Both the position numbers and the translations under genes were made by a program. A DNA stretch of 63,779 nt from Neophaeotheca triangularis (taxonomy: Eukaryota), in assembly GCA_054600435.1 (NCBI GenBank), contig BAAIJX010000084.1, forward strand, positions 1 through 63,779. Reading direction: 5' to 3'. The notes beneath the pieces are model-generated. The model saw only the letters and a program-made list of their open reading frames with translations. It did no database searches and had not been told where the DNA came from. Positions 39,008 to 50,981 of this stretch are shown here, one piece after another (within the stretch, counting starts at the first letter, position 1; each line of letters opens with the position of its first letter).

Positions 39008-39108
39008 GTCTATTCAATGGATATGGGCACATTCGGGCAAAAAGCGCGTTTTTTGCTGCGCAAATCCGCCAAGCCCCCGCTGAATCCCACCCTACTTGAA
39101 ACTGAGAA
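39008..39108 (-). repeat. Right terminal inverted repeat (101 bp)
   Basis: Reverse complement of 34928..35028 with one C/T difference. Confidence 0.95.
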
Positions 39109-39185
39109 TAGGTGCGAAGGAATAGCGAAAAGACTCCATTGACCGCGTTCCTCACCAAAAAGCAAAAACCCTCTCACAAGAGATC

Positions 39186-40547
39186 TCATACTTTGTCCGG
39201 GTCGTTGATGCCGCCGGTGGTGATGATGTAGGTCGCTTCTTTTTCCGGACAGTCTACGCATGGTTGTCAGCATATACCTTGCGACGCAACGAGAATCATC
39301 TATCTGGTGATCGGCACTAACCTGGCGAATCCTGCACCTTGGCCACTCGCTCCTCCCCTCTACCCTTCCGCAACAGGATCCTAGTTGTCGAAGCGTGCGC
39401 CAGGACATGGCCACCGATAGGCTTACGCCCGTCAACGCTGGCGAAAAGAGCGCTCGCGCCTGGGTCCGACTGGACTTGATTGGTAATGAAGACGGTGATG
39501 TTGAACTCCTCAGCCATTTGGATGATCTTGCGCAGATGTTGGCCGAGTTTCCCTTGGCGTTCGTTGAGTTCACCGCGGCCGGAGAAGTCGGTGCGGAACA
39601 GTGCGCAGATGCTGTCGATGACGAGCAGTCGGTACTCGCCGGTTGCGAAGGGCTCGGAGAGTGAATGGAGGCCCTCGTGTTGTTGTTCGCTGTTGAAAGG
39701 GCGGGCGATTAGCATGTTGTCGAGGGCGGCTTCGGGGTCCACTGGGAAGGCGTTAGTACTTTGATGAGGTCTTGACGTTGGCAGCGGCTTACAGCCAAAA
39801 CGCTCTGCAATCTGGACGATCCTTTCGGGACGATAAGTACCCTCGGCATCTGGAACTCTGGTCAGCCTTTCCACTGTCAGAATGTGACAGGAGGAAGCTC
39901 ACCAATCCAAGCGACCTTGCCGTTTGCGCCGCCCAAATCCTTGGGCAGTTGTGCGATAACAGCCAATGTATGTGCCAACTGCGTCTTCCCGCATCGAAAT
40001 TCGCCGAAGACTTCATTGATACTGCCACTCTCGAACCCACTGTTGAGTGTCAGTATTGGCAAGGGGTCACATCCATCGGAAATACACTGACCCGTTCAAG
40101 ATAGCATCCCACTGCGAACTACTAGTACTCAGTCGGAAGCACTTCTTGCGGTCCTGCTGCACTTCGAGGCCAGTCTTGAACCCGGCACCATGCGGCAAGC
40201 ACTTTCTTACGGCCTCTTTGATCTTGTCGACTTTGACGTCGGAGAGGCCCCTGATCTTGCAGAGAGTCCTCGTTGTTGCGGCTGAGACCGACTGTGGTGA
40301 TTGAGGGTAAGTAGTTGGACATTGGTCGTTGTGGCTGCAGATGTGGGGATCTTCACCATCACTGTGTGGTATCCAGCGAGTTTGATTTTGGCAATGTCGG
40401 CAGCGCCTATGCCATGGGCTTGAATGTCGTCAATGTCGACGATGTTGGCGTTCTCCTGCGGCAATGTCAGTGGCTCGTGCGAGGCAACATTACCCGTGCC
40501 TGCGTCCTTACCTCTTCGCCATCGCTGCTGGCCACGGAGCCAGGCAT
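39186..40547 (-). CDS. DMC1: Meiotic recombinase Dmc1, 7 exons
   Basis: [23 protein letters not shown], Walker [80 protein letters not shown]. The [15 protein letters not shown] motifs favour Dmc1 over Rad51. Confidence 0.93.
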
Positions 40548-41582
40548 CTTGAACTGGGCCTATGACTGCCGCACTTGATCGGCCAAGGCTGAGATCTTGA
40601 GCTTGCTGAGGGATCGATGAAATGTTCAAATGCGACTGGTACAAAGAAGCAGAGAAGAACGGCATGTCGATGGGAATGTAGGCGGTTTTGATAATTCGAA
40701 GGCGAGCTCCATCGTAGGCAACCATCTCATTTTGGGAAGGAGCTGCTGCTGTTTTGGGAAGGGACAAAGTGGATACAGCTGGTTTTCGACTTCATCTCTT
40801 GGCGGTCATCGAAGAGAGGCTTTCACCCCAGCGGAGCTCAATACTTTCTACAAGGGAGGCAGCAAGGACATCGTGCTCGCATTAGCATCTAAGTAGCCTG
40901 CTGTACCTCTTGCTGAGGCGTTTTTAGTCTTTTAGGTGCCACCAACCTCCAAAACGCGCACTTGAAAATCTTCAGAGGTCTGCAAGAAACGCGACCAACT
41001 CACACAATGAAGAGGAGAATCGACGCCGCCCTCACTTACTCTGTTACATGGCGTTAAAATGCCACCAAAAGCTGAAGAGGAACATGATAGTACACTCCTT
41101 GAGATGCAGATACAAACGATTGTTCCCACTGCGCCAGTTGAATGCAAGCCAATGGGTGTTCTTTCAGTGTAGCCACCGCACTTGTAATGAGATTTGTAAT
41201 ATGTTTTGGGTTCATTTTGACAGCACGCCCAACGTCCGGCCGTCTCCCACTTGCGACCACTTCCAGCCCACTTTGCCGCTACCTTCCTTTCTCTCTCGAC
41301 TTTTTGCAGCATGCCAAAGATCTTTAGGTGCAAGGTCTAGTTGACCGCGCAAAAGTCTCGCTTCGTTCGCTTCGGTCTTCCAAGGTGTAGGTGTGTGATG
41401 TTGGGGTTTCATAATGGTCGTGAGGAAACTTTTGGTCGTTGTTCGTAACCGTTTTTGAACGCCCGGTGTTTATGTGAAGGGGTGAAGTTGGGTTGTTCGG
41501 AATCGGGTTGTGAGGAGCAAGAAGTCGAGGCGACTGAGAATCACCCCGCATTTCTGCATCCGGAATTGGTGCTATATCGGCT

Positions 41583-42468
41583 CTAAGCGATAATGGGAGC
41601 TGGCGCAACCGGGGCGTTCTGGACGTTGGTCGCGTCAGGGTTGGGAACCGCGGCGGGGGTGATGTTCGGCTCGCCGTTGACGGGGATCTGAGTGCCAGCC
41701 TCGGCAAGAGCCTGAGGGCACTCCCTGCTGATGTGGCCGGTCTCGCCGCACCTGTAGCAGGTCTTGCCAGCGGTGTTGAGAGGACCACCGTTGGGGGCGG
41801 TGCAGTCGCGGGAGATGTGACCAAGCTTGCCGCAGGCGTAGCACTTCATGGCCTGAGCCTGGCAGTCGCGGGCGAAGTGGTTAGGTCCACCGCACTTGTA
41901 GCAGGTAGCAGCGCGGTTGCCGCCTTGGGGGAAACCGCCGCGGCCAAAACCGCCCTGGAAACCGCCTCTAGGGGGACCAGCGGCACCACGACCCATGGGA
42001 GGGCCACCCATGCCTGGGGCTGGGCAGTTGCGCTTTGTTCGTTAGCTTTTGCGCAAAGAGCGGAACACGTTTCAAGTGAGTCTTACAGCCAAGTGACCCA
42101 TTTGACCGCACGAGTAGCAGCGGCCGCCTGGAGCACCGCCGCTTAGACGAAGAGTGGGGCAGTCAGCCTGAACGTGACCGAGACCCTGGCAGTGGTAGCA
42201 TTGCTTGGCTGGATATCTTGTTAGGTCCATCTTAAGTCGTCTCCCGACAGGTGTTCAGGCTTACTCTCAGTGGTCCTAGGGGACGGGCAGTTGTTGCTCT
42301 CGTGGCCTTCATCTCGGTTAACTATTATCCTCATGGGATGCGCTCTCCCTTGGAAATCTTACCCGGCTGCTTGCAGTTGTAGCACAGACGCTCAGTGCTG
42401 GAGCAAACCTCGGCGTAGTGGCCAACGTTGCCGCACTTGTAGCATGCTCTGCGCGCGAGGGAAGACAT
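41583..42468 (-). CDS. GIS2: CCHC zinc-knuckle RNA-binding protein (Gis2/Byr3/CNBP), multi-exon
   Basis: MSSLARRACYKCGNVGHYAEVC, CYNCKQPG, CYHCQGLGHVQADC, RGG-rich linker, CYKCGGPNHFARDC, CYACGKLGHISRDC, CYRCGETGHISREC. Confidence 0.92.
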
Positions 42469-43082
42469 ATTGTTCCTTCCTGGTAGCATGTTGTGTCAGA
42501 TTTCCAAGTCTTGCTTTGTTCCACGCTATGTTCAAGTCTCGGATGGTGGGTTTGCTCAAGTCGCAGCTCGGATTCGAAAGTGTTATGAGGTCGTAGTCGG
42601 GGAGTCGAAGGGTTCGTACCTTTGTAGTTTCTTTTGAAGCTTCGCACGTGCAAAGTCAGCCATCCTGTTCATTCACGAGGGAATTCTTGAGGCCTCATTC
42701 ACACATGCGCCTGAATATGCGCGCACGTGCGACGTTCGCCTTTAGTCGTCAAGACTCACTTCTTTCAGCAGCAGCTCCTAGCAAGCCTCTTCTACTTCTC
42801 CTCCTTCGACGACTCCTGCTCCGGCGACGACGAAAAGTAATGTAAGTGCGATTGCTGAATGCAACAGGTGTATGTATAAGCAGGGGGAGAATGTACAAGC
42901 TGAGTTGAAGTGGGATGGACGTGAAAAACACAGGTCCATCGTCCGAAAGAGCTTCGGCGTTCGGCCATCACACGGACCAACAAATTTAATGAAGATCACG
43001 TGCAACGCAATTCGTGAAACACATAACTTTATATCATTATGAAGCCCTCTGCCCAACGTCGTGCAAGCCCAGCATCAGTCTA

Positions 43083-44627
43083 CTAATCCTCCTTCTCAAT
43101 GACAGCAGGAGCTTTGATCTGCCTGCCTTTCAAGAAGTCCAGTCCCTCTCCACCATAGCTGATGAGCGGGCTAACCTCAACTCCCGTGTCCTCGCCCTCA
43201 CTGGTCACAGTCGCTCCCGCTTCCTCCAAGAAACGCCTCCCCTGTGTGAGAATATCCATCTTGCTCGTGTCGGGGTCGTCCTCACCAGTCCCCTTGGCGT
43301 TCTTGAGTGGGGAGAATTCGTCGTCACGCTTCACCTCCATGCAAGCGAACTTGTCCATGGGCAAGAAGGGGAAACAGTCAAACACAAATTGCTCAAGCTT
43401 AATGCCGTTGGGCTTCTCGGGCTTGACTTGCTCGCCAGTCTTGGAGTGCATGTCCACTGAGGGGATCTTCTTCTTGGCGACATGGTGCGGGAGCTTGTGC
43501 GCCCAGTCGGGTATGGACTCCAGGAATCGGAAGGAGTAGTAGTGGTTGACAATGTTGGCGGCACGGAACTTGAGCAGGTTGCTGTCTCTGGGGTCCTTGG
43601 CCTCTGCCGTTTCTTCGTCGATCTCCGAGTACTCTACTACGTCTGGCTTACCGTTCTTTTGCAGGATCAGGCCTACGCTCTCTTTGGCGTTGCGCTTGCG
43701 GACGACCTTGGTAGCAATGTCGACATCGTGCTCCGCGCTGAAACCGATGAAGGTCGGGTCTGCAACACGCACGAGGCAGTTGTCGACGCAGTAGGCGTGG
43801 ACGTGCTGGACACCGCGCTTTTGCATGTCCTGTACCATGCCTTCCTCGATGAGAGCTCTGTAAAGACCACCGTTGCCGTCAGGTGCCACAGCCACTTTGC
43901 TCTTGGTCTCCAGCAATATCTTGCCATCCATGCCGACGCAGGGGAGTGTGCCCTGTTCAAAGAATTTGACATCGTTGCGGTCCAAGCCGAAGTAGTGGTG
44001 CTCCTCGAAGAATTGCTCAGTAGGCTTGCGTGTCGGGCCAGAAGTCATAATGTACCATGGCACCGTCACCGCCTCCTTGCCGTGTGTCTTCGCAGCGAGT
44101 TGTTGTAGCTTGCCGATGCGCTCAGCTTGAAGTTGGAACAGGCTCTTGTGACTAGGTAGTCCGATGTCAAAGCACCCCTTAGGCGCAGAGCTACCCAACC
44201 GGGTACCTTGCCCACCAGCCATCAACACCACTCCCACCTTGTTCTGTGAAATGAGCTCCAGACCATGATCGTACCACTTCTTCAAGTCATCCTCCTTGCT
44301 GTCGATGACGGAACATTGTGCGGATTCGGGGAGTTGCTCGAGCTTGGGCTTCTGGTCTGCCTCCTCTGACTTGGCCGGGTTCAATGCCTTGTTTGTAATT
44401 TCGTTGATGTAGTCGGGGCTGAGAGGGTGGAGCTGTTGGTAGAGTGCAGCCTTCTCTTGTCCCTTGAGATCGTCGAAGAAGGTGAAGACTTGTCCTTGAC
44501 CGGCCTTTTCGAATCTGTGCTTCATCTCCTGGACCTCAGCGTCAGAGGGTTCAGGGAGGGGAGCTTCGCCCTTTTCCCCACCCAGGTTGAGGGCTGAGAG
44601 CACGTTGTTGACGATGCCGGAAGCCAT
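43083..44627 (-). CDS. UAP1: UDP-N-acetylglucosamine pyrophosphorylase
   Basis: [49 protein letters not shown]. Confidence 0.96.
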   Translation of the reverse strand: MASGIVNNVLSALNLGGEKGEAPLPEPSDAEVQEMKHRFEKAGQGQVFTFFDDLKGQEKAALYQQLHPLSPDYINEITNKALNPAKSEEADQKPKLEQLPESAQCSVIDSKEDDLKKWYDHGLELISQNKVGVVLMAGGQGTRLGSSAPKGCFDIGLPSHKSLFQLQAERIGKLQQLAAKTHGKEAVTVPWYIMTSGPTRKPTEQFFEEHHYFGLDRNDVKFFEQGTLPCVGMDGKILLETKSKVAVAPDGNGGLYRALIEEGMVQDMQKRGVQHVHAYCVDNCLVRVADPTFIGFSAEHDVDIATKVVRKRNAKESVGLILQKNGKPDVVEYSEIDEETAEAKDPRDSNLLKFRAANIVNHYYSFRFLESIPDWAHKLPHHVAKKKIPSVDMHSKTGEQVKPEKPNGIKLEQFVFDCFPFLPMDKFACMEVKRDDEFSPLKNAKGTGEDDPDTSKMDILTQGRRFLEEAGATVTSEGEDTGVEVSPLISYGGEGLDFLKGRQIKAPAVIEKED

Positions 44628-45549
44628 AATCGCGTGTAACTTGGTTCAGTGTGTTCTTGGTGCTGAAAGTGAGACTTGTCGCTGTTTTCTCGAGGGTGAT
44701 CAAGGTACCGTGAAGACCCAAGATATTCAGAGAAGGTAGCTTCCATTATTAGCTGCGGAACACCAACACGAGCCCAGAAGCTCTGAACCCCACTTGAACA
44801 AGTGAACCTTGGGACCTCCCCTGCGTCACGCCACAGCAAGCGGGTACAATATCGCTTGGCATCCTTCGACCCATGGAAATTGGAACCTAAGGCTATCAGT
44901 ACTAGTATCATCGCTTCACGACTTTCCAAACTACAGGACAGGACTACTGATAAATTTTCTGCGTCTCATCTGCCTCTCTTTGAGAATATCGCCATTCGCA
45001 ATGCTACGTCGGGCAAGCCCGGCCCCATGCTCTAGTCGATTCCATACCCAGTCTCCAATTCAATACGCCCCGCCGCCCATAAACAGGGTCGACCAGAGTC
45101 GGTTTCCAAGGACAATAAATTGACCAACATGGCACCCGCGCACCAAAGCCAGTGACCGACAGAACCGTCGAGATCAGTGCAATTCACTTCAACTTCCTCA
45201 CTCTGATCGTGAGTCTCTTTTGTCGCACTCAAGCCGACCCAATCGAGCTCGTGCATGTCGCTGTCCTACAGCGCTAGGATCGGTGAGCGATGTTCCCTGT
45301 AGCAACTGAATGTTGGAGATGGGTCAACATAGTCTTGGTTGTGCGAGTCTAGACACACAACACACAGGCCTAGTAGTAGGTAGATATCGTAGTCAACCTG
45401 GAGTGAGACACCAGCTTTGTTGCATCGAGAAGATCATCTCATTCGTAGAAAGAAATTAATACTACTGCTATCAAGAGAAAAAAACACTTCTTTGGTATCA
45501 TGGCAATCTCCCTCCCAACCATTCTGTCCCCTCTTTTAACTAGATCACT

Positions 45550-47919
45550 CTAATAAGCAACCATAAGCGGAAACCCCTTCAACTCCCTCTCGAAATTCTT
45601 GTGCATAGCAATGTTGTAAGTGTAAGCATCAACAAACTCGGCAGCCCCCTTGACCATCTTGGGCACCTCCTTCCAGCTGTCGGCACTCGTCTTCTTCGCG
45701 GTCACAACACCATAGCTATCAACAACACCCGCGTCGTCAGTGACGGAGAATTGCATGCCCTCGAGCTCGCAAGCGTCGCGGACGAAATCCACCGCCTCGC
45801 CCACAGCGCCGATGGCCTTAAGGTGTGCAAAAGCCTCGCGGACCCAGTGGAGCGCGCGACCGTTCTTGCGCAAGGTCGCAACGCTCTCGGCACCGCCGGG
45901 GATGAAAACGCTGTCGAACATTGTCGAGCGCATGCCTTCGAGGTGGTGCTGGGGCTTGACGCCAGCGTTGGGATCGTTGCGGTCCTCGCCTGCGGCATAG
46001 ATGGGGGTGCGCCTGGGGCCGATGGTGTAGGGGAGGGCTCGGGCGCCTTGGAGAGCTCCCAGCATCCCGGCGTAAGCGACTGGGTCGTAGCCGTCGGCAA
46101 TGATGATGGCGACGCGGCGAGATTCAATAGTGGGCGTCGAGGGCTGAACTTCGGTTTGGGAGAGGTTTTTGGAGGTTCTGCCGTGGTTGGCGCGAGTTTG
46201 GGTTTGGGGAGCTTTGCCGCCAACGAGAGACGCGACGTTCTGAGCGAGCGAGATGTCGATCTCAGCCAGGCGCTCACTCCACATTTGGTAGACGAATTCG
46301 TCGTCGCAGTGGTCGAGCTCGAAGCCGAGCGCGAACTGCATATGCGCTTTTTCCGCCGCAGACATGGAGTTATAGAAGAGTTGGGCTTGGCTGAAGTGCT
46401 CGCCAAATTTCTTGGACAGTAGACGAGTCTTCATCCCGGCAACCTTTTCGGGGTAGTCAACGTACGCGCCTTCTTCGGGCTTGGCCGGAGGTGCAGCGCT
46501 GAAGCGGTTGGGCCAGTAATTGACGGTGCCCTTGGTAATGGTGTGACGTTTGGCGCCGTCGCGGTTGTGGTTCATGACCGGACAGACTGGACGGTTGATT
46601 GGTAGTTCTTGCCAATTGGTACCAAGTCGGCTGAGCTGGGTGTCGGCGTAGGAGAAGTTGCGGCCCTGCAGGAGAGGGTCGTCGGAGAAGCCAATCCCCG
46701 GGACAACATGTCCAGTGCAAAAGGCGACCTGCTCGGTCTGGGGAAAGTACTCGTCGACGTTACGATTCAGCTCGAGCTCACCAACGTATTGAATTGGGAC
46801 TTCCTCTTCCGGCCAGATCTTGGTCGCATCGAGAATGTCAAACTCAAAGTCGTTCTCTCGGCTCTCAGGGAGGACCTGAACGCCAAAGTCCCACTTGGGG
46901 AACATGCCGTTGTCAATGGCCTCGTAAAGATCCTTGCGATGGAAGTCGGGGTCCTGGCCACCGAGCTTGAGCGCCTCATCCCAAACCATCGAGTGAACAC
47001 CGAGCTGGGGCGTGAAATGGAACTTGACGAAGAAGCGCTCTCCCTGGGCGTTGGTGAGGGTGTAGGTATTGACACCGAAACCCTGCATCATGCGGTACGA
47101 GCGAGGGATGGTGCGGTCAGACATTTGCCACATGACCATGTTGGTGGATTCAGTAGAATGTCCAGACCAATCCCAGAAGCTTAATTACATTAGCCTGCGT
47201 CTTTTGCATGAGTGAAAAGGGCATACATACTTATTATGGGCGCTCTGCGCTTGAGGGACGGCGTTATGAGGCTCTGGCTTCACAGCGTGCGCCAAGTCTG
47301 GAAATTTAGCGGCGTCTTGAATGAAGAACACCGGGATGTTGTTGCCCACGATGTCCCAATTGCCCTCCTCGGTGTACATCTTGACTGCAAATCCACGCAC
47401 ATCTCTTACTGTGTCGGCGCTGCCAGAAGAGCCAGCGACGGTACTGAAGCGGAGGAAGACGGGGGTGGTGCGGGAGGTGTCGTTGAGAACGCCGGCGGAG
47501 CTGAACTCGGAGAGCGACTTGTGCATCTTGAAAGTACCAAAGGCAGCGGCACCGCGTGCATGGACAACTCGCTCTGGGATACGTTCGTGGTCGAAGCGGT
47601 GGATCTGCGATACTCATGTGAGCATTCCCAGAGCTAGCAGATCAAGGTGGCGAGAGTGGCATACCTTCTCCCTGGCAGCGTGGTCCTCAAGCAGCATTGG
47701 ACCGGTCTTGTCCTCGGTAGCGACCCTGAGCCAGTTCTCGGTGTTGCTCTGCTTGACGCCATAGTCGGTGGTTATCCTGTTGTCCTTTGCGTGGACGTCC
47801 TTATAGTCTGGCGACATGGCGGACAGCTTCGTGTCCAAGCCATTGGGAGCGCCAATGACGGTATCTTTGGCCATTTGTTCAAGCTTCGCCATGCCGTCTG
47901 AAACAGCTCCTGGTGCCAT
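45550..47919 (-). CDS. catA: Large-subunit monofunctional catalase (CatA-like, no signal peptide) with C-terminal DJ-1/GATase-like domain, 3 exons
   Basis: [15 protein letters not shown] (distal His), [24 protein letters not shown] (proximal Tyr), C-terminal FDSVFIPGG...HLKAIGA. First intron 47664..47605; second near 47230..47181. Confidence 0.92.
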
Positions 47920-49057
47920 GTTGAGTTGAACGAGAGGGTTGTGTGGTAGTGGAGGGGAGGGTAATGTGTTGGAGGAGTGAAGGAAGGAGAGAGAAAGGGC
48001 CCAGGGAGTGGAAGAAAGGTGAAGTTAATACCTTATGTACCAAGCAATAGAACATCCATAGCAGCATGCCACCTCAGCCCTAGCTAGGTACCTTAGCTTA
48101 ACTAAAGTAGGTGTCGCCACCGCTCATCATTAGCTCTGTCTGTTTAAACAGCCGTGTTTCTCGAGCTAAGTACAGGTAGTCCTCGGGGTGCACACGTGGG
48201 AGAGCAAGTGCAACGGTTTGCCCTGGCGTCCCGACCAATGGACGATTACCATTACTACACCAGCTAGCGCATCGCCTTGAAAATGGCGGAGATGCGCAGG
48301 CGAAGAGACAGAAAACGCAACAAATCGTCAGGACACCCACTAACACCCTTCCAAAGTTGCTGTTGATCGTGATGGTCGCCGAAACTAGCCTTTTTTGGGA
48401 GCTACCGTATCCTGCGGGGGCCAATAATATGCAATGTGTTGTAACGTCATGTTTGCGTCGTGGGCTGCATCTCGGCATCAGGGTCGGTCTGGCAAAACCT
48501 CAACCTCGTTAACGGAGCAACGGAGTTGTTTTCTGTTGCAGTATGCTCTGCTGTAAGCGAGTCGGATATATACCGTTGGGATTGGGTGTGAGGTGTAGCT
48601 AATAAGGTAGACCTTACCACGTGGTCGACAGTGGCGTGGCGGTACTAGTAGTCTCTTTGCCACATCTTATTTGAGCCGCACCTTATTCACGCTTTATCGG
48701 ATTCTTATCGATACCTTATAGCTTCGAGAACCGATCTGACCGGGTAACGTCTCTCACTTCTTCACCTTTGCCATCCTTTATCTCAACATATGTTCTTATG
48801 GTTTGCTTGCCAAACGTTAATCTCATCTAGAGCTATCGTCGCCATTGTGCAGCCACAGCCAAGTCCAGAAGTCTGAGCAGTACCTGAGCAGTGAAGTAGC
48901 AAAAACCCAATTCCCGCTACCATCTGAAGATAGCCTTGGCATTAAGCTCGCCCCGCGTTTGGTTCCGACGTACAATCACTCCACAACTGAGCAAACGAAT
49001 CACAATTGGAAGTTTTCATCCCAAACAAACGCCAATCCTTCAACCGAACTCCCTCAG

Positions 49058-49884
49058 ATGGGCCGCCAACATCCAACCATGGACAGCAACAATAACATCC
49101 ACGCTCCAACCGTCTCCTCCGGCCCCACAAGCACCGAACCCACCACTTCCCACGCCAACAACCCCCAGACCCTGCACCAACTCATTGTTCGAAAAGAGTC
49201 CGCCGAAGCCGAGCTCTCCGCCTTGGGCTCCGTGCTCGACTCCCACAATGTCACTATGACCACGCCTTTGACCACTGCCGACGGTTTCCCGCGAGCCGAT
49301 TTAGACGTCGCGCAGATTCGGACAACGAGGGCGAGGATTATTCGGCTGAGGAATGATTACAAGGTGTTGATGGGGAGGGTGGAGGAGAAGGTTTTGGAGG
49401 GCTTTGCTAAAGGTGGAGAAAATGGGACAGTGATGGGAAATGGGGTTTCGCACAGAAATGGTGCTGCTGCTCCCGCCGAGGGTGCGGCGCAAGAGGGCGG
49501 GAACGTTGAGAGGGCGCGGAACATGGTTGCTGAGGTGCCGTTTGCCAAGGTCAATGCCGTTGTTGAAGGGTCGCCGGCTGCGGTTGCTGGGATGGTGGCT
49601 GGTGACAAGGTTACCGAGTTCGGGGATGCGGATTGGAGGAATCATGAGAGGTTGGCGAAGGTTGCGAGAGTCGTGCAGGAGAATGAGAATGTAAGTTGCT
49701 ACTTCCTTTCGGAGGGGGTGTGAAGGTGATTTGCTTGCTGACAAAGATTTAGAGGACTGTTATTGTCAAGGTCCTTCGAGAAACGTCTGCTGATGCTGCT
49801 TCACGGAATATGGAGCTCAGCTTGACTCCGAGAAGGAATTGGGGTGGAAGAGGATTGTTAGGATGTCATTTGCTGCCCTTGTGA
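49058..49884 (+). CDS. NAS2: 26S proteasome assembly chaperone Nas2/PSMD9 (PDZ), 2 exons
   Basis: IHAPTVSSGP, DGFPRADLDVAQIRTTRARIIRLRND, PFAKVNAVVEGSPA. Intron 49691..49752 gives the terminal LTPRRNWGGRGLLGCHLLPL*. Confidence 0.93.
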
Positions 49885-50462
49885 CTGGCGATGGAAAGCT
49901 GTGTATACAGGCTGAAGACAATTGAAAGTGGTCAGGGATGAGAGGCGTTGCAGAGTTACGAAGTCCCAACGATATGCTGTGGTCAAAGTAGGGCCTGAAC
50001 ATACGAGCGGTCCGCGATGCATACAACTCACTTCCCCTCGGTCTCAAAGGGCGACATTTGCTACCAGAGACGATGGCTGTCCAGCACCATCCTACCTCGT
50101 GCCCTTCTCGTGCCGAATGACCGTCACTACGAATTGCATCCTCACTTCCACCTGAGGCCAGTGGCGTGCTGTGCATTGAATCACGGAGCATCATCCTGGC
50201 GACAAGTAACAACACAACGCTGCTGCTAGAAAAGATTGCATTGCAGTGACACCAACCTTCCGTGCCCTCCAGAGAGCCGCCGTCACACCTTCGAGCGTTG
50301 TCACCGTCGCCCGGGAGAACGTGCTAGCAACGGCCTCAGGCATCGGACTAGCGCTCAGGCTCCCAAAACGTCGCCGAAGCTTGGGCCCCTCTCGCGCGTC
50401 AACAAGTCACACCTACACGAGGAATAGATCCTTTCTCCTGCAAAACCAACCAAGCCACAAAC

Positions 50463-50981
50463 ATGGCCACAAACATGGCTATCCAGGAGAACCTCACGAG
50501 GTTCCCCCACCACCAGCTCCTCACCATGATCAAAAGCGCCTTTTAAAACCGCGACTATAACCTGGCCTTCACGCTAGCCACGCATGTCACGTCCGTAAGC
50601 CAGCCCAGCCTACCCTTACTCTCAGCCTTCAAAAGCTAAAAGACCCTCCCAAAGCGCCCCACAACCACCCCAACCGAGATCTTCTGCCGCGCCGCCGCCT
50701 TCAAAGCTCTGGGTATCGTGGCGCGCCCTACGAACAAAGGACTCTGCATGTTCCACCACGCGACGTGCGTAGAGATTCTCGACATCGAACTGCGCCGCTC
50801 CGCTCAAGCGGGCGGTTTCCCGGGCAACTTGGACACCTTGGTAAACATTGCGAAGGTCGAATTGGTGCGCGCGCAGTGTGAATACTCGCAGGAGATCTAT
50901 GAGAATTCTCTCGCGGCGCAAGAGGAGACTTTGAGGAGCCGGATGGCGAAGAATAGTGGAAACCACCAAGGGCCATTCTAG
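50463..50981 (+). pseudogene. Possible small orphan gene with a premature stop
   Basis: ATG 50463, in-frame TAA at 50544, candidate intron 50595..50654 (GTAAGC...AAG), then frame of ORF 50718..50981. Confidence 0.3.

Larger units (their letters stand above)
34928..39108 (+). mobile_element. Complete 4181-bp IS630/Tc1-mariner DNA transposon with two convergent genes, RIP-mutated
   Basis: 101-bp TIRs with 1 mismatch, flanked by TA at 34926-27 and 39109-10. Contains a DD34E transposase relic (+) and a 726-codon relic (-). Confidence 0.93.
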
